Below are positions 63,040-64,000 of a stretch of DNA of 64,000 nucleotides, one piece after another. The notes beneath the pieces were generated by a model. The model ran no database searches and had not been told where the DNA came from. It saw nothing but the letters and a program-made list of their open reading frames with translations. The stretch's first letter is position 1. Each line of letters begins with the position of its first letter. Origin of the DNA: Squalus acanthias (Eukaryota); assembly GCA_030390025.1 (NCBI GenBank), contig CM059432.1:16432001-16496000 (forward strand), in the 5' to 3' direction. The position numbers were made by a program, and so were the translations under genes.

Positions 63040-64000
63040 GAGGAGTGTGACATATTCGATGAAATAAACATAGTGAGAGAGGAAGTATTAAGGGGTTTAG
63101 CAACTTTAAAAGTGGATAAATCCCCAGGCCCGGATGAAATGTATCCCAGGCTGTTAAGCGAAGCAAAAGAGGAAATAGCAGAGGCCCTGACCATCATTTT
63201 TCAATCCTCTCTGGCTTCAGGTGTGGTGCCGGAGGACTGCTAATATGGTACCCTTGTTTAAAAAGGGAGAAAAGGATAGACTGAGTAATTACAGGCCAGT
63301 CAGCCTCGGTGGTGGGAAAATTATTGGAAAGAATTCTGAAGGACAGGATAAATCTTCATTTAGAAAGACACGGATTAATCAAGGACAGTCAGCACGGATT
63401 TGTTAAGGGAAGCTCGTGTCTGACAAACTTGATTGAATTTTTTGAGGAGGTAACAAGGAGGGTAGATGAGGGTAGTGCGTTTGATGTAGTGTATATGGAC
63501 TTTAGCAAGGCTTTTGATAAGGTTCCACATGGAAGACTGGTCTCGAAGTTAAAAGCCCATGGGATCCAGGGCAAAGTGTCAAGTTGGATTCAAAACTGGC
63601 TCGGAGACAGGAAGCAGAGGGTAATGGTTGATGGGTGTTTTTGTGACTGGAAGGCTGTTTCCAGTGGGGTTCCGCAGGGCTCAATACTAGGTCCCTTGCT
63701 TTTTGTGGAATATATCAATGATCTAGACTTGAATATAGGGGGTATGATTAAGAAGTTTGCAGATGATACTAAAATCGGCTGTGTAGTTGATACTGAAGGA
63801 AGGAAGCTGTAGACTGCAGGAAGATATCAATAAATTGGTCAGGTGGACAGAACAGTGGCAAATGGAATTCAATCCGGAGAAGTGTGAGGTAATGCATTTG
63901 GGGAGGGCTAACAATGAAAGGGAACACACATTAAATGGTAGGACACTGAATAGTGTAGAGGAACAAAGGGACCTTGGAGTGCATGTCCACAGATCCCTGA
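63040..64000 (+). mobile_element. CR1 LINE RT fragment, continues beyond the window
   Basis: KSPGPD, QHGFVKG, YMDFSKAFDKVPH, GVPQGSILGP and KFADDTK, with frameshifts. Confidence 0.92.

Overview
Vertebrate nuclear DNA, most likely from a cartilaginous fish (inferred from the CR1/L2/DeuSINE/Penelope repeat landscape; the species cannot be determined). Two spliced genes face each other tail to tail. The first is a complete 4-exon RPLP1 (60S acidic ribosomal protein P1, 110 aa, + strand, CDS 5239-9790) with a CpG-island, TATA and 5'TOP promoter. The second is the 3' part of PTK2/FAK (- strand), with six regular coding exons from 60693 down to the stop at 31219 plus a 9-nt Pro-Trp-Arg microexon at 46680-46688. 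Much of the rest is transposable elements, often nested: many CR1 LINEs (one with an uninterrupted 721-aa ORF2 portion), a second CR1/L2-superfamily LINE, RTE, L2, a decayed L1, DeuSINEs, and hAT, Tigger and Harbinger-type DNA elements. The most notable items are a Penelope-type minimal hammerhead ribozyme in the loop of a perfect 41-bp inverted repeat in RPLP1 intron 3 (sense strand), the PWR microexon in a TE-poor intronic island, the RPLP1-PTK2 adjacency, and miR-138/miR-135 seed sites in the FAK 3'UTR. Exon coordinates were read base by base. TE boundaries are approximate unless a TSD or TIR is cited, and family names come from motif recognition, not database searches. Most short ORFs in the supplied track are TE-derived or spurious.
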